Assembly: GCA_016187225.1 (NCBI GenBank)
Contig: JACPKC010000006.1
Coordinates: forward strand, 89,051-153,050
DNA: 64,000 bases
Source of the DNA: Candidatus Berkelbacteria bacterium
GTDB lineage: Bacteria; Patescibacteriota; UBA1384; JACPKC01
Reading direction: 5' to 3'
Each line of letters begins with the position of its first letter. Position 1 is the stretch's first letter. A program made the translations under genes and the position numbers. The notes below the pieces were generated by a model. The model had not been told where the DNA came from. It saw only the letters and a program-made list of their open reading frames with translations, and searched no databases. Below, one piece after another: positions 39,555 through 50,622 of the stretch.

Positions 39555-40061
39555 ATGAAAAAAAGTTCGCAAACAGGTAATCGGGAAGAGGTGGAAAAAC
39601 TAAAAGCTGAATGCGCCGAGCTCAAAGCGGGCTGGCAACGCACACAGGCTGATTTTGAAAACTTTCGACGTCGACATGAAGAAGAACGGAAATTCATGCG
39701 TGCATGGGCCGTGCTCGATATTCTCCTCGAACTTGCCCCCATACTCGATAACTTCACACGTGCTTTTGAGCATCTGCCCGCCAAAGAAACGACCTGGGCA
39801 ATCGGTTTTCAACATATCCAAAAACAATTTGAAGAAGTTTTTAAAGCTCACAATCTCAAACGGATCCAAACCCTGGGTGAAACTTTTGACCCAACCAAGC
39901 ACGAAGCTCTTACCGAAGAAGAAACGACTGACTATCCTCCAGGCGCCGTGATCCGTGAGATAGAGGCAGGCTATGAATATAATGGTAAAATAGTGAAACC
40001 AGCGCGCGTGGTAGTCAGCGCCGAGAAGCAAACAGGGGAGAGAGTAGGGAATCATGAGTAA
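39555..40061 (+). CDS. grpE: nucleotide exchange factor GrpE
   Basis: GrpE fold. GGGAGG RBS. Confidence 0.9.
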   Translation: MKKSSQTGNREEVEKLKAECAELKAGWQRTQADFENFRRRHEEERKFMRAWAVLDILLELAPILDNFTRAFEHLPAKETTWAIGFQHIQKQFEEVFKAHNLKRIQTLGETFDPTKHEALTEEETTDYPPGAVIREIEAGYEYNGKIVKPARVVVSAEKQTGERVGNHE

Positions 40062-41913
40062 AATTATCGGGATTGATCTTGGTACAACTAATTCAGTTGT
40101 CGCAGTGATGGAGGGTGGCAAGCCGAAAGTTATCCCCTCGGCCGAAGGGAGCAATATCACGCCCTCAATTGTTGCGTTGAGTAAAACCAATGAACGACTC
40201 GTCGGCCAAATCGCCAAGCGTCAAGCGATTACAAACCCTAAAAATACTATCTATTCGGTTAAGCGTTTCATCGGTCGACGCTACGATGAAGCTGAAGTCC
40301 AAAGAACCAAGAGTCTCGTGCCCTACGAACTCAAACAAGGCGCCGACGGCGCAATTCAAGTTAAAATGGGCGATAAAGATTACTCATCGCAAGAAATTTC
40401 AGCTTTTATTTTGCAAAAACTTAAAACCGATGCCGAAGCTTATCTAGGCAACAAGGTAACCGAGGCGGTGATTACGGTGCCAGCTTACTTTAATGACGCA
40501 GAACGCCAGGCGACTAAAGATGCGGGCAAAATTGCCGGCCTGGAAGTGAAACGCATTATCAATGAACCAACGGCTTCCGCCTTGGCTTACGGTCTCGACA
40601 AAAGCAAAGAAGGCAAAATTGCCGTTTACGATCTGGGTGGCGGCACATTCGATGTAACGATCCTCGAGATTGGCGACGGTGTTTTTGAGGTCAAGTCAAC
40701 GGCGGGCGACACTCATCTTGGCGGTGATGATTTCGATCAAAAAGTTATGGAATGGATTATCGACGAATTTAAAAAATCTGAAGGAATTGATCTTGTTAAA
40801 GACACCATGGCGCTCCAACGTATTAAGGAGGCGGCTGAAAAAGCTAAGATCGAACTCTCATCAAACTTGGAAACGGAAATTAATCTGCCTTTTATTACTG
40901 CCGACGCCAGCGGCCCGAAGCATTTAGTGATGCGCTTGACGCGCGCCAAACTTGAGGCGCTGGTTGATGATCTCATTGAGCGCACGCGCCAACCAATCGA
41001 GCAGGCGCTCAAAGACGCCAAGCTTTCAAATAAAGACATTGGGGAGGTAATTCTAGTCGGCGGCCAAACCCGCATGCCAAAGGTTACTCAATTTGTCACT
41101 GAAATGTTTGACAAGGAGCCACATAAAGGCGTTAACCCCGACGAAGTTGTGGCGCTCGGCGCGGCGATTCAAGCTGGAGTATTGGGCGGCGAAGTTAAGG
41201 ATTTGCTTCTTTTAGATGTCACGCCGCTGACACTTGGCTTGGAAACTCTCGGCGGCGTTGCAACGCCTCTCATCGAGCGCAACACCACAATTCCAACGAG
41301 TAAGGAACAAATTTTCTCCACCGCCGCTGATTCACAAACTTCAGTTGAAATTCATGTTCTCCAGGGTGAACGGCAGATGGCGACAGATAATCGCTCGCTT
41401 GGCCGCTTTATTTTGGATGGCATCCCGCCCGCGCGGCGCGGTCTCCCCCAAATCGAGGTTAAATTCGATATCGACGCTAACGGCATTTTAAACGTTTCAG
41501 CCAAAGACAAAGCAACTGGTAAAGAGCAGAAAATCATGATTCAATCTTCCTCCGGACTTTCAGAAACAGAGATTGAACGCATGAAGAAAGATGCCGAGGC
41601 TCATGCAGACGAAGACAAAAAGAAACGGGAACTGATTGAGCTTAAAAATCGCGCCGATACAATGGTGTATACTGCTGAAAAGACCTTAAAAGACGCTGAA
41701 GGCAAGGTCAAGCCCGAGGGGAAACGAGCTGTGGAAGACGCAATTTTGGCGGTGAAAGGTTCGCTTGGAAAAAATGATCCTGAAGAACTGAAAAAGCACG
41801 TCGAAACGCTCGAACAAAAATTAAACGAAGTTGGCGCTGAACTCTACCAACAAACTTCCGAACCAAGTGGAGATGAAAAATCAACTGACCAGAAAACTGA
41901 CGAGAAAAAATAA
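40054..41913 (+). CDS. dnaK: molecular chaperone DnaK
   Basis: [18 protein letters not shown], and full Hsp70 architecture. Confidence 0.95.
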   Translation: MSKIIGIDLGTTNSVVAVMEGGKPKVIPSAEGSNITPSIVALSKTNERLVGQIAKRQAITNPKNTIYSVKRFIGRRYDEAEVQRTKSLVPYELKQGADGAIQVKMGDKDYSSQEISAFILQKLKTDAEAYLGNKVTEAVITVPAYFNDAERQATKDAGKIAGLEVKRIINEPTASALAYGLDKSKEGKIAVYDLGGGTFDVTILEIGDGVFEVKSTAGDTHLGGDDFDQKVMEWIIDEFKKSEGIDLVKDTMALQRIKEAAEKAKIELSSNLETEINLPFITADASGPKHLVMRLTRAKLEALVDDLIERTRQPIEQALKDAKLSNKDIGEVILVGGQTRMPKVTQFVTEMFDKEPHKGVNPDEVVALGAAIQAGVLGGEVKDLLLLDVTPLTLGLETLGGVATPLIERNTTIPTSKEQIFSTAADSQTSVEIHVLQGERQMATDNRSLGRFILDGIPPARRGLPQIEVKFDIDANGILNVSAKDKATGKEQKIMIQSSSGLSETEIERMKKDAEAHADEDKKKRELIELKNRADTMVYTAEKTLKDAEGKVKPEGKRAVEDAILAVKGSLGKNDPEELKKHVETLEQKLNEVGAELYQQTSEPSGDEKSTDQKTDEKK

Positions 41914-41949
41914 AGCTTGTCACGTAAAACTTTGAGGAGGGGAATGGGA

Positions 41950-42669
41950 ATGAAGCGGCATTACTTCTGGCTTGTGATTCTTGGACTTGCGGTGACGCTC
42001 ACCGGTTGCAAGAACTCTAAATCGAGTGATGAAACGAGCGAGACCGCGACCGAAACAGCTGATGAGACCGAGACTTCAAGCACAGCCGACGACCTGACAA
42101 CGATTTTACCCTCAAGTGTTGACACCACACTTGAGACTCATCTAAATCTAGCCAGAAATGCGGTCCAGGCCTGGCATCCTGATGCTGCGCTGACCTACGT
42201 TTCAATTGAACTGCCGGCCTCACTGGCGCTTGATTCTGGAAATGAAGTTTATGTGTTCGGATCAGCGCAAGATACTGGTAACTGGTGGACCTACTCGCTT
42301 TCCCAAGAAACAGGTAAATTTGTACGAGCAATTATTCCAAAAGAAGATTTTCTCGGCGCCGAATTAACGCCGGTTAACCTTGAATATTGGAAGATGAATC
42401 ATGTTGAAGCCTTGCAACTGGCTGAAGATAACGGCGGAAACGATTTTCGCCTTGCGAATACGGGCACACGTGTGACGCTCTTTCTCTCTCAACGCGCGCC
42501 CCGCGGCTGGCTCTGGTGGTCAGTCGAATATAAGGCGCCCTCGGGCGAGAGCTTCACGCTCCTTGTCAATCCGAATCGAGGCGAAGTTGTCGATGAAAAC
42601 GGCAATGAGCTTTCACCTTCAACTGAAAGCGCTGAAGATGCTACCGGACCGGCCGAGACTAGCCTCTAA
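41950..42669 (+). CDS. hypothetical lipoprotein
   Basis: Signal peptide with lipobox LTGC. GAGGAGG RBS. Lies between dnaK and the J-protein gene. Confidence 0.6.
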   Translation: MKRHYFWLVILGLAVTLTGCKNSKSSDETSETATETADETETSSTADDLTTILPSSVDTTLETHLNLARNAVQAWHPDAALTYVSIELPASLALDSGNEVYVFGSAQDTGNWWTYSLSQETGKFVRAIIPKEDFLGAELTPVNLEYWKMNHVEALQLAEDNGGNDFRLANTGTRVTLFLSQRAPRGWLWWSVEYKAPSGESFTLLVNPNRGEVVDENGNELSPSTESAEDATGPAETSL

Positions 42670-42708
42670 TCTTGAAGAACGTTCACGAGACGGGTATAGT
42701 TCAAGATT

Positions 42709-43287
42709 ATGGCTAAAGACTACTACAGCATTCTTGGTGTTTCTCGATCTGCATCCCAAGATGAGATTAAGCGCGCCTATCGCAAACTTGCCCAAGAGCA
42801 TCACCCGGATAAAGGTGGGGATTCCGAGCGATTTAAAGAAATTAACGAGGCCTACCAAGCGCTTTCAGACGTAAACCGGCGCGCCCAGTATGATCAATTT
42901 GGCACGACTGATTTTGGTGGCCGCGGCGGCAATTATCGATCTGAAGACATCTTCGGCGGCGCCGATTTTGGCTTTGGCGGTTTTGGAGATGTTTTCGAAA
43001 GTTTCTTCGGCCGGGCTTTTTCACAAATCCAAGTTGAGGTGCAAATTAAACTTACTCAAGCGTTGCTTGGTGATACCCTCAATCTACAAACTAATCAGGG
43101 TGAACAAATTGAGCTCAAATTGCCGCCTGGCACACAAGATGGCCAAACCTTTCGCTTTGCCAACAAAGGCGCTCCTTACCGAGGCGGAAAGGGTGACTTG
43201 CTAGTAACGGTGCGCATCGCCTATCCCAAACGTCTCTCTAAAAAACAACGGGAACTCGTCGAACAACTTCAACAAGAAGGAATCTAA
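42709..43287 (+). CDS. dnaJ: J-domain chaperone (short DnaJ/CbpA-like, no zinc finger)
   Basis: J-domain HPD motif, G/F-rich region, and a single C-terminal substrate-binding domain. Confidence 0.85.
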   Translation: MAKDYYSILGVSRSASQDEIKRAYRKLAQEHHPDKGGDSERFKEINEAYQALSDVNRRAQYDQFGTTDFGGRGGNYRSEDIFGGADFGFGGFGDVFESFFGRAFSQIQVEVQIKLTQALLGDTLNLQTNQGEQIELKLPPGTQDGQTFRFANKGAPYRGGKGDLLVTVRIAYPKRLSKKQRELVEQLQQEGI

Positions 43288-43383
43288 ATGCAACGTTCTC
43301 ATCTTACCCACAACTCTTCTCTTTTCTGCGCTTACAGTCCGCTGACTTGTGGTATACTGATAAATAATCAGGAGGGATAACCT

Positions 43384-43896
43384 GTGACACCAAGTTGGGA
43401 TTTGTTTCTCACAATTCTCTTCATTGTTGGCATTGCCTATGGCATGATGCTTCAACGCGAGCGCACCGTCGTGACGCTTGTGGCGGTTTATGTTGCTCTC
43501 GTGATAACCCAGGTGCTGACAGCACCTATCTCTCAATTCTTTGCCGGTGAAAAAACCATCAACTCTTTCTTTGTCAGTTCACAAGTTTCGCCATTTACAA
43601 TTCAAGCGTCGCTCTTCATCGGTCTCATGATTCTCGTCATCACTAAAGGCGGCCTCAACGGCGATCGTGGCACAGGCCTACTTTCACCGTTTGAGGTTTT
43701 TGTGTATAGCTTCTTGAATACGGCTCTAATCGTGACGACCCTGCTCTCGTTCTTGCCCGACGAAGCGCGCGCGGCTATGATGACTCAATCAAGTATGGTT
43801 GCTTTTCTAGTAAATCACCATACTTGGTGGCTGGCCCTGCCAATCGCCTCGTTAATATTTTTTGGCTGGAATCGCCATCCCTTTGTAAGTGCATAA
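43384..43896 (+). CDS. hypothetical multi-pass membrane protein
   Basis: GTG start after AGGAGGG. Four predicted TM helices. Confidence 0.5.
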   Translation: MTPSWDLFLTILFIVGIAYGMMLQRERTVVTLVAVYVALVITQVLTAPISQFFAGEKTINSFFVSSQVSPFTIQASLFIGLMILVITKGGLNGDRGTGLLSPFEVFVYSFLNTALIVTTLLSFLPDEARAAMMTQSSMVAFLVNHHTWWLALPIASLIFFGWNRHPFVSA

Positions 43897-43939
43897 TTAT
43901 TAAGTAGTAGACAATAAATGGCTCAAGAAAGGAGCAAAA

Positions 43940-44089
43940 ATGAAAAAATGGATGTTTTGGATCGGAATCTTGATCGTTGGGGTGACGCATTTGTATATAC
44001 TCTTCGCTGGCTTGCCAACAAGCCAAATGATAACACATGCGATTTTCAATCTCATTGCCACCGCTCTCATAGTTTTCTCACGAGAGTAG
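43940..44089 (+). CDS. hypothetical small membrane protein (49 aa)
   Basis: AAAGGAG RBS 6 nt upstream. Below the ORF-track length cutoff. Confidence 0.3.
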   Translation: MKKWMFWIGILIVGVTHLYILFAGLPTSQMITHAIFNLIATALIVFSRE

Positions 44090-44150
44090 GTTTCTAGTAC
44101 CTAGCGTTGCTTGTCGAATCGAGAATACTCGAGTACAATTTGCTATTCAC

Positions 44151-44225
44151 GGGCCTGTAGCTCATTGGTAGAGCAGGAGCCTTTTAAGCTTCGTGTAGTG
44201 GGTTCGATTCCCACCAGGCCCTCCA
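44151..44225 (+). tRNA. tRNA-Lys(TTT)
   Basis: Anticodon stem GGAGC/GCTTC, loop CTTTTAA. Encoded CCA. Confidence 0.85.
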
Positions 44226-44263
44226 ATTCAGAGCACTGACCCTTGGTCAGTGCTCTGAATTGG
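44223..44263. terminator. perfect 19-bp inverted repeat (CCAATTCAGAGCACTGACC / GGTCAGTGCTCTGAATTGG) overlapping the tRNA-Lys CCA end
   Basis: Seen directly. 3-nt loop, no T-run. Could be a processing/terminator hairpin or an att-like site. Confidence 0.35.
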
Positions 44264-44282
44264 AGCGAAGTAGGATTGAACT

Positions 44283-45179
44283 ATGAAAGAGTTTATGGAG
44301 AAACAGGTTCCAATAAGCAATCAGGCCGAAGGTGGCAGTGGCAGTGAGGCACCAGTAATAACCAATGCGCCGACACCGACCACAGAAAATCCTGTGGCAA
44401 ATTTTGTTGACCTGCAACTGATTGAAGAGCTAACAGAAACTAATGAAGAATTAGTCGAAGAGCAGATTGATGTTGGCGCAGATCAGTTGACGAAAGAGCA
44501 GTCGGTCAGCGAACAAAGGATTAAAGATACCTCTCATCAGCTGACAACTGTCCGCGAACACATCAGCGAAATTGCAGTCATTCTCCCAATTTGTAGAGCA
44601 AAAGCTGGGGAGTGGGATAATTCAAAGTTAGAAGGAAATGCAATTAAATTGGAGCTTCAGCCAAATGCATGGGTGGAAAACATCTGCGCAGTTGACTTTG
44701 AGCGATTAGCCGAAATGGGACGCAGACACGTCCTATTAGACGTTGACAACACACTATGCCTGCGCAACGACACTGCTGTGGCGGCAAGCGCGGTAGATTA
44801 TCTGAAGGCAATGCGTGAACAAGGAGCGATTGAACAACTTACTCTCATTTCAAACATTGGTGTCTGGACACGAGGCGGTGTGGCGCGTATCCGGCAGATT
44901 GCAGAAATGCTTGATACGCCACATTATGTGTGTGCCTGCTGGCCCAACATTAAACCCAAGCCCAAGCCGTTTCAGCAAGCGATGTCGCTGATCGGCGGAA
45001 CGCCGGAGAGTACCGTCATCGTCGGTGACCAAATCTTCTCGGACATCCGAGGAGGCAATCGTCTGGGTTTGTACACAATTTTGGTCGATCCGCTCGGTCC
45101 TGACCACCCGATCACTTTCTGGAAGCGACGCCGTCAAGAAAGGATACTCAAGCACCTCGAGCGACGCGGGGTAACGTGA
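44283..45179 (+). CDS. HAD-superfamily (YqeG-like, IIIA) phosphatase with ~130-aa N-terminal extension
   Basis: LLDVDNTL (DxDxT) and GDQIFSD motifs. Confidence 0.7.
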   Translation: MKEFMEKQVPISNQAEGGSGSEAPVITNAPTPTTENPVANFVDLQLIEELTETNEELVEEQIDVGADQLTKEQSVSEQRIKDTSHQLTTVREHISEIAVILPICRAKAGEWDNSKLEGNAIKLELQPNAWVENICAVDFERLAEMGRRHVLLDVDNTLCLRNDTAVAASAVDYLKAMREQGAIEQLTLISNIGVWTRGGVARIRQIAEMLDTPHYVCACWPNIKPKPKPFQQAMSLIGGTPESTVIVGDQIFSDIRGGNRLGLYTILVDPLGPDHPITFWKRRRQERILKHLERRGVT

Positions 45180-45247
45180 TGCAGAGATCTACGCCAGCTT
45201 AAAAATATTGATTCGCCGCTCTGCTCGCAAAATAAAGTTGGATGATT

Positions 45248-45790
45248 CTAGAAACGTTTTAATCTTGTTTGTATTTTTTTTGGATCCATCGAGTTAATAA
45301 AATCATCAACTGAATCGAACTCGAAAACAGTTTCATCATCAAGTTCGGTGAGTTGGCGCAAGCCATGATGGTTACTAATAGCACTATAAGCAGCCTGTTT
45401 TTCTGGTCGCTCATCACCGTCGCAAGCATCGAATTTCAGTTCGGCTTCAAAGAATGAACCATCTTCAGTTGGTCCGAGAAACGCGATGTAGCCGTTGGGT
45501 CGGACGACGCGGATTGCCTCATTGATGGCAGTAGTCATCTGGGGAATCGGTACGTGGTGAAGGGAAAGAGTAAAGATGACTGCATCAAATGATCGGTTCT
45601 TAAATTTGAGATCCTCGGTTTTTCCAGCTTCAAAAACAGTGTTAGGAATTTGGTCTAGCTTAGACTCGCGAATTTTGTCGATCTCGGGATCGATCGCGGT
45701 CAGTCGCTCGCAGCGGCGCGCAAGATTTAGCGACCGAGAACCATCACCGCAGCCAACTTCCAGTACCGACATCTTCTTGAGTTTGAACAC
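45248..45790 (-). CDS. class I SAM-dependent methyltransferase
   Basis: VLEVGCGDGSRS motif I. Confidence 0.8.
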   Translation of the reverse strand: MFKLKKMSVLEVGCGDGSRSLNLARRCERLTAIDPEIDKIRESKLDQIPNTVFEAGKTEDLKFKNRSFDAVIFTLSLHHVPIPQMTTAINEAIRVVRPNGYIAFLGPTEDGSFFEAELKFDACDGDERPEKQAAYSAISNHHGLRQLTELDDETVFEFDSVDDFINSMDPKKIQTRLKRF

Positions 45791-45916
45791 GCGTTCAAGC
45801 TGGTTGAGAAACTCTTCTTTGATTCACCGCATACGCAAAACAATAACAGAAAATCTCAATTGATTAAAACTTTTGCATCAACCCTGTCCAAACTTTAAAC
45901 ATGCTAAGATAACCTT

Positions 45917-46264
45917 ATGGCTAAGAAAAAGAAGGATGATCGCAACGGCAACCATTATTATTTTGGTGAGTTAGGGGAAAATCCTCATGGAATTTCCTAT
46001 GTGCGAGCCACAACCGATCAAAAACTTGACGTCGAACCGCGCCACTACAGTAAAACCGGCTACAAATACTTTTTAGTTTTAGAAGGCGCGCTGGAGATCG
46101 AAGTAGGTGGTCAATCAATCAGTGTTGATTCAAGTCGGGTGTTGATGGTTGAGCCAGGTGAGGTTCATCGGGTGACAAGGATGGTTGAGTCGCCATGCAC
46201 TTTTATTGTTTGCGGCACGATCAAGGATTCGACCGGCGCTGACAAAGTTATCTTGCATTCATAA
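45917..46264 (+). CDS. cupin domain protein
   Basis: Cupin motifs (G..H.V...E). Confidence 0.65.
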   Translation: MAKKKKDDRNGNHYYFGELGENPHGISYVRATTDQKLDVEPRHYSKTGYKYFLVLEGALEIEVGGQSISVDSSRVLMVEPGEVHRVTRMVESPCTFIVCGTIKDSTGADKVILHS

Positions 46265-46285
46265 AATTATTGAGGAACACATCGA

Positions 46286-46726
46286 ATGAATTTTGATTAT
46301 TTTATTTCTGCAAGGTATCGAAATAAAGAATTCGCATCAGAGTTGGTTCGAGCCCTAAGGCAACGTGACTATTCAGTTTATTTCTTTGCCGAATCACGTG
46401 CTTCGTTGGCGTATGTCGGCGCCGCAGACAGTAATGGTGAGATAGTAATGCAAGAGTTTGAAGCCCGTTCACCAACCGATCCAGCCATAAAGGAAATTTT
46501 TCAAATCGATCTAGAGGCGCTCAAACAAGCGCGCAATTTTATCTTGCTGTTACCAGCCGGCCAATCCTGCCACATTGAAGCCGGTATCGCCTACGGCCTT
46601 GGTAAACATTTAGTACTCATTGGCAAACCAGAGAAGACGGAAAGTCTCTATTGTATTTTTGATGAAAAATTCCTAACGACTAGAATGTTTTTAACAGCCT
46701 TAAAGAGAAAATTAAGAACCTCTTGA
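46286..46726 (+). CDS. nucleoside 2-deoxyribosyltransferase-like protein
   Basis: AGQSCHIEAGIAYGLGKHLVLIG resembles the catalytic-Glu region of NDT-family proteins. Confidence 0.45.
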   Translation: MNFDYFISARYRNKEFASELVRALRQRDYSVYFFAESRASLAYVGAADSNGEIVMQEFEARSPTDPAIKEIFQIDLEALKQARNFILLLPAGQSCHIEAGIAYGLGKHLVLIGKPEKTESLYCIFDEKFLTTRMFLTALKRKLRTS

Positions 46727-46757
46727 CAAATCCCCTATAGGGGGATATGATTGGAGC

Positions 46758-47027
46758 ATGAAAAAGCCTGCGCGAGAACGCGCTTTGCATCGCATTAAAA
46801 TTATCCAGGGGCATCTTAAGAAGATTGCTGATATGATTGAGAAGGATATCTATTGTATTGAAATTATGACTCAATCTTTAGCTGTTCAGTCGGGCCTAAA
46901 GAGTTTGAATAAATTACTACTTGCCCACCATCTTGAGCACTGCGCGGTCGATCAGGTGCGTACGGGAGAGACGGAAAAAATGGTTCAAGAATTAACCCAA
47001 TTATATGACTTGGAAGCAAGGTCATAA
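46758..47027 (+). CDS. csoR: CsoR/RcnR family metal-sensing repressor
   Basis: 89-aa helical protein with C...H...C metal-site pattern (IYCIE...HHLEHC). Confidence 0.8.
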   Translation: MKKPARERALHRIKIIQGHLKKIADMIEKDIYCIEIMTQSLAVQSGLKSLNKLLLAHHLEHCAVDQVRTGETEKMVQELTQLYDLEARS

Positions 47028-47040
47028 TTAAGGAGAATTT

Positions 47041-47301
47041 ATGTTAGATACAAATAGAGTGACTAGCGTCACCATCCAATGGACAACGATTACATACCTT
47101 GTTTGTAGTGCGTTTGTAGCGCTTTTCCCCGGTTTCGCTTTATGGGTGAGTCGGATGACCTTTCACTTGGCGCAAGTCGGCGATCTCGACCGAGCACGTT
47201 TGACTTTTCCGGGTTTCTTCGTAGGTCTTATTTTTTGGAATATCGTCGCTTATCTTGGTAGCGCCCTTTTCGCTTGGCTTTGGAATCAAAAAAGTAAATA
47301 G
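47041..47301 (+). CDS. hypothetical small membrane protein
   Basis: Two TM helices. Confidence 0.4.
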   Translation: MLDTNRVTSVTIQWTTITYLVCSAFVALFPGFALWVSRMTFHLAQVGDLDRARLTFPGFFVGLIFWNIVAYLGSALFAWLWNQKSK

Positions 47302-47310
47302 CGAAAGATT

Positions 47311-47799
47311 ATGGATAAAACCGTTTGGATAATTCTTGGTCTGACCGGTGTTCTGCTCGCCGGTTTGGTATTGATCGCAAGTAAAACTCCCTCGATGAGT
47401 TCTGCTTATTCTGCCGATGATCCAAACCGGCCAATTTTGGTTGCATCTGAAACAAATTTCAACTTTGGCAAGATGCGAACCGACGAAGAGCGAACCGCAA
47501 CGACCACCCTGCGCAACGACGGTAAGGCGCCGCTTGAAATCAAAGAAGTGACAACATCCTGCGACTGCACTTTTGCAAAATTAACTTTAGCCGACGGCAC
47601 TGCTTCGCCAGAATTCAGCATGCACGGCAAAACAACCTGGACGGGCAAAATCGCGCCCGGCGAATCAGCAACGGCCGAACTTATCTACCGACCAAGTGTC
47701 ATGCCAGTCAAAGGTAAAGTTGAGCGCTCGGCGCTTATCCACACCGATGATCCAGTCACGCCAAGCTTACAGTTAGCTTTCAGCGCCGAGGTAGAATGA
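47311..47799 (+). CDS. hypothetical membrane-anchored protein (CDC motif)
   Basis: N-terminal TM helix. Sits in the metal cluster. Confidence 0.5.
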   Translation: MDKTVWIILGLTGVLLAGLVLIASKTPSMSSAYSADDPNRPILVASETNFNFGKMRTDEERTATTTLRNDGKAPLEIKEVTTSCDCTFAKLTLADGTASPEFSMHGKTTWTGKIAPGESATAELIYRPSVMPVKGKVERSALIHTDDPVTPSLQLAFSAEVE

Positions 47800-48482
47800 A
47801 TTCACTCACTCTGACTGCTGTTTTGGGCGGCGCTGTCGCTGATTCTTGGAATCCATGTGCAATCGGTGTTCTTCTGCTTCTGATCGCTTTTATTGTCAGC
47901 GCCCGGCATGCTCGACGCTATGTAATTATTTTCGGCTTGGCGTATGTGCTTGGCGTCTATATCACCTATTTTTCAATCGGCTTGGGATTCTTAAAGGCGA
48001 TTCACCTTTTCGGTTTACATAACTTTTTTGGGTGGCTGACCGCCTTCTTATTGATAGTTTTTGGACTTGGCCACCTAAATCCACTTTGGGCGGCAAAAAT
48101 TCCTGGACTTCGCTGGTTGATGACCTGCAAGGTGCCGTCAAACTATCGCGCTCAAGCTGAACGCGGCGCGGTGATCGGCGGTTTAATTCTTGGCGCACTC
48201 GTGGGGATTTGCGAATTTCCTTGTAGCGGCGCAGTGTATTTAGCAATCGTCGGCTTGTTGGCTAAAACTGTTACATTCTGGCAAGGGGTTGGCTATCTAG
48301 CGCTCTATAACTTGATTTTTATTCTTCCGCTTGTAGTTATTCTGGTAGTTGTCGGGCGACCAAAAGTCTTGGAACGAATCGAAAACTGGCAACATCGACA
48401 TGTTTTACAAGCAAGTCGCATCCTTGGTCTCATTATGTTAATTAGCGGCATCGGACTCTTACTATGGCTCATGAATCCATAA
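47796..48482 (+). CDS. ccdA: CcdA/DsbD-type thiol:disulfide transmembrane transporter
   Basis: Two TM cysteines (WNPCAIGV and CEFPCSGAV). Confidence 0.75.
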   Translation: MNSLTLTAVLGGAVADSWNPCAIGVLLLLIAFIVSARHARRYVIIFGLAYVLGVYITYFSIGLGFLKAIHLFGLHNFFGWLTAFLLIVFGLGHLNPLWAAKIPGLRWLMTCKVPSNYRAQAERGAVIGGLILGALVGICEFPCSGAVYLAIVGLLAKTVTFWQGVGYLALYNLIFILPLVVILVVVGRPKVLERIENWQHRHVLQASRILGLIMLISGIGLLLWLMNP

Positions 48483-50611
48483 CCATCCCAACGGGCACCA
48501 AATGTGAAAAGTGCGGCATGCTCGCGACGCATGCTTTTTGCGATGCGCAAGGCATCACGCACTTTGTCTGCGAACACCACCAACCAATTGAACCAGCGGC
48601 AACACATCCGGGCAAACACACATCTCACGAACGTGAATCGCATAACAAGCACAGTGGCCATTCAGTTAATATGTTCCGCGATCGGTTCTGGATTACACTC
48701 ATTCTTACTATTCCCGTCATTCTCTACGCTGAATCTCTCCAAACTTTGCTCGGATTTTCTCTGCCAACTTTTCCTGGCAGTGACTGGCTCGCTCCAATCC
48801 TTGGCACATTTATTTTCTTCTATGGCGGCATCGTTTTTCTGCGTTCGGCCTGGGGAGAACTTAAGGCTAGACAACCAGGCATGATGACCTTGATCGCGAT
48901 TGCGATTACAGCGGCTTATACTTATTCAATCGCCACAACTTTCATTTTAGAAGGTTCGGAATTTTATTGGGAACTCTCAACCTTAATTTTAGTTATGCTC
49001 CTCGGACATTGGATTGAGATGCAATCAGTTTCAGCCGCTGGCAGTGCGCTTGATGAACTCGCCAAGCTCTTGCCAGACACCGCCGAAAGATTAGAAAATG
49101 GTGAGCCTAAAAAAGTCCTTCTCTCTGAATTGCGCGTTGGCGATCGCCTCTTAATTCGACCGGGCGCTAAAGTGCCGACCGATGGCCGGATCCTTGAAGG
49201 CGAATCAAATCTCAATGAATCGATGGTTACAGGTGAATCGAAGCCTGTTAAAAAGGGAGTGGGCAATGAAGTCATAGGCGGCACTCTAAACGGAAATGGT
49301 GTTCTCACGATTGAAGTGCTTAAAGTTGGCGAAGCAACAGCGCTGGCTGGCATCATGCGCCTCGTCGCCGAAGCACAACGCTCCAAATCGCGCACCCAGC
49401 TTCTCGCTGATCGCGCGGCCTTTTACCTAACTTTTATCGCGATTTTTGCAAGTATCGGCGCCTCGATTGGCTGGTTAGCGGCCGGCGCGGCCACGGCCTT
49501 TGTTCTTGAACGGGCAGTTTCAGTGCTTGTCATCGCTTGCCCGCACGCGCTTGGCTTAGCCGTCCCGCTTGTAGTTTCGATCTCTTCGCGGATTGCGACG
49601 CAAGGCGGACTTTTAATTCGAGATCGCAAGCAATTCGAGGCCGCCCGAAACGTAAATGTTGTTCTTTTCGATAAAACCGGCACGCTGACCACTGGTCAGT
49701 TTGGAGTCAGTGACATTTGGCCAGCGGCTAAAGTTCCTGCAACCGAACTCCTTGAACTTACCGCGGCTGTCGAAGCAACAAGTGAGCATCCAATCGCTCA
49801 AGCGATTTTGAAACGCGCAGGCTCTATCGGCAAAAAAGCTACGAACGTAGAGGCTCTAGCCGGCCGTGGCATTCGCGGTCAAGTTGGACAAGCTGAAATT
49901 ATTATCGGCGGGCCACAACTTATTAAAGAACGAGGGATTCAGCTCGAGGCCACTCTTCAGCAACAGATGAAAACCGACCAAGCGGCTGGAAAAACCGTAG
50001 TGGTGGCACTTAAAAACAATCAGCCACTGGGGCTACTTGCTCTCGCTGATCTGATTCGACCTGAATCAAAAAGCGTAGTCAGTTCATTGCACAAACTCGG
50101 CGTCAGGGTAGCAATGGTTACAGGCGACGCAAATGATGTTGCCCAAACGGTTGCTAAAGAGCTTGGAATTAAAGAAGTTTTTGCCGAAGTTTTGCCGGAA
50201 CATAAGGATCAAAAGGTGAGGGAACTGCAAAAAGATGGGAGCACCATTCTTATGGTCGGCGATGGCGTCAACGACGCGCCGGCGCTCGCGCGCGCCAATG
50301 TGGGCGTCGCGATCGGCGCTGGCACTGACGTCGCGATTGAATCGGCAGGTATAATTTTAATTAAAAGCGACCCGCGCGATATTGTGAAAATTATCGAATT
50401 GGCGCGCGCCACCTACCGCAAAATGATTGAGAATCTTATCTGGGCAACGGGCTATAATGTTATCGCAATCCCGCTCGCGGCCGGCGTTTTGGCGGGCCAA
50501 GGGATTATCCTGCCTTTGTGGTTGGGCGCTTTATTTATGAGCGCCAGCACAGTCATCGTAGCAATCAACGCCCAACTCCTCCGACGAGTCCGATTTTCTG
50601 ATAACAAATAG
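48464..50611 (+). CDS. copB: heavy-metal P1B-type ATPase (CopB-like, CPH motif, His-rich N-terminus)
   Basis: [22 protein letters not shown], and His-rich [15 protein letters not shown]. Confidence 0.9.
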   Translation: MAHESITIPTGTKCEKCGMLATHAFCDAQGITHFVCEHHQPIEPAATHPGKHTSHERESHNKHSGHSVNMFRDRFWITLILTIPVILYAESLQTLLGFSLPTFPGSDWLAPILGTFIFFYGGIVFLRSAWGELKARQPGMMTLIAIAITAAYTYSIATTFILEGSEFYWELSTLILVMLLGHWIEMQSVSAAGSALDELAKLLPDTAERLENGEPKKVLLSELRVGDRLLIRPGAKVPTDGRILEGESNLNESMVTGESKPVKKGVGNEVIGGTLNGNGVLTIEVLKVGEATALAGIMRLVAEAQRSKSRTQLLADRAAFYLTFIAIFASIGASIGWLAAGAATAFVLERAVSVLVIACPHALGLAVPLVVSISSRIATQGGLLIRDRKQFEAARNVNVVLFDKTGTLTTGQFGVSDIWPAAKVPATELLELTAAVEATSEHPIAQAILKRAGSIGKKATNVEALAGRGIRGQVGQAEIIIGGPQLIKERGIQLEATLQQQMKTDQAAGKTVVVALKNNQPLGLLALADLIRPESKSVVSSLHKLGVRVAMVTGDANDVAQTVAKELGIKEVFAEVLPEHKDQKVRELQKDGSTILMVGDGVNDAPALARANVGVAIGAGTDVAIESAGIILIKSDPRDIVKIIELARATYRKMIENLIWATGYNVIAIPLAAGVLAGQGIILPLWLGALFMSASTVIVAINAQLLRRVRFSDNK

Positions 50612-50622
50612 AAGTTGTATGA

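Noticed and set aside
48504-50412. Multiple antisense or alternative-frame ORFs inside copB, dnaE, recG, and the glycosyltransferase genes
   Set aside because: They are nested within long, well-supported genes and lack motifs. Typical overlapping-frame noise.
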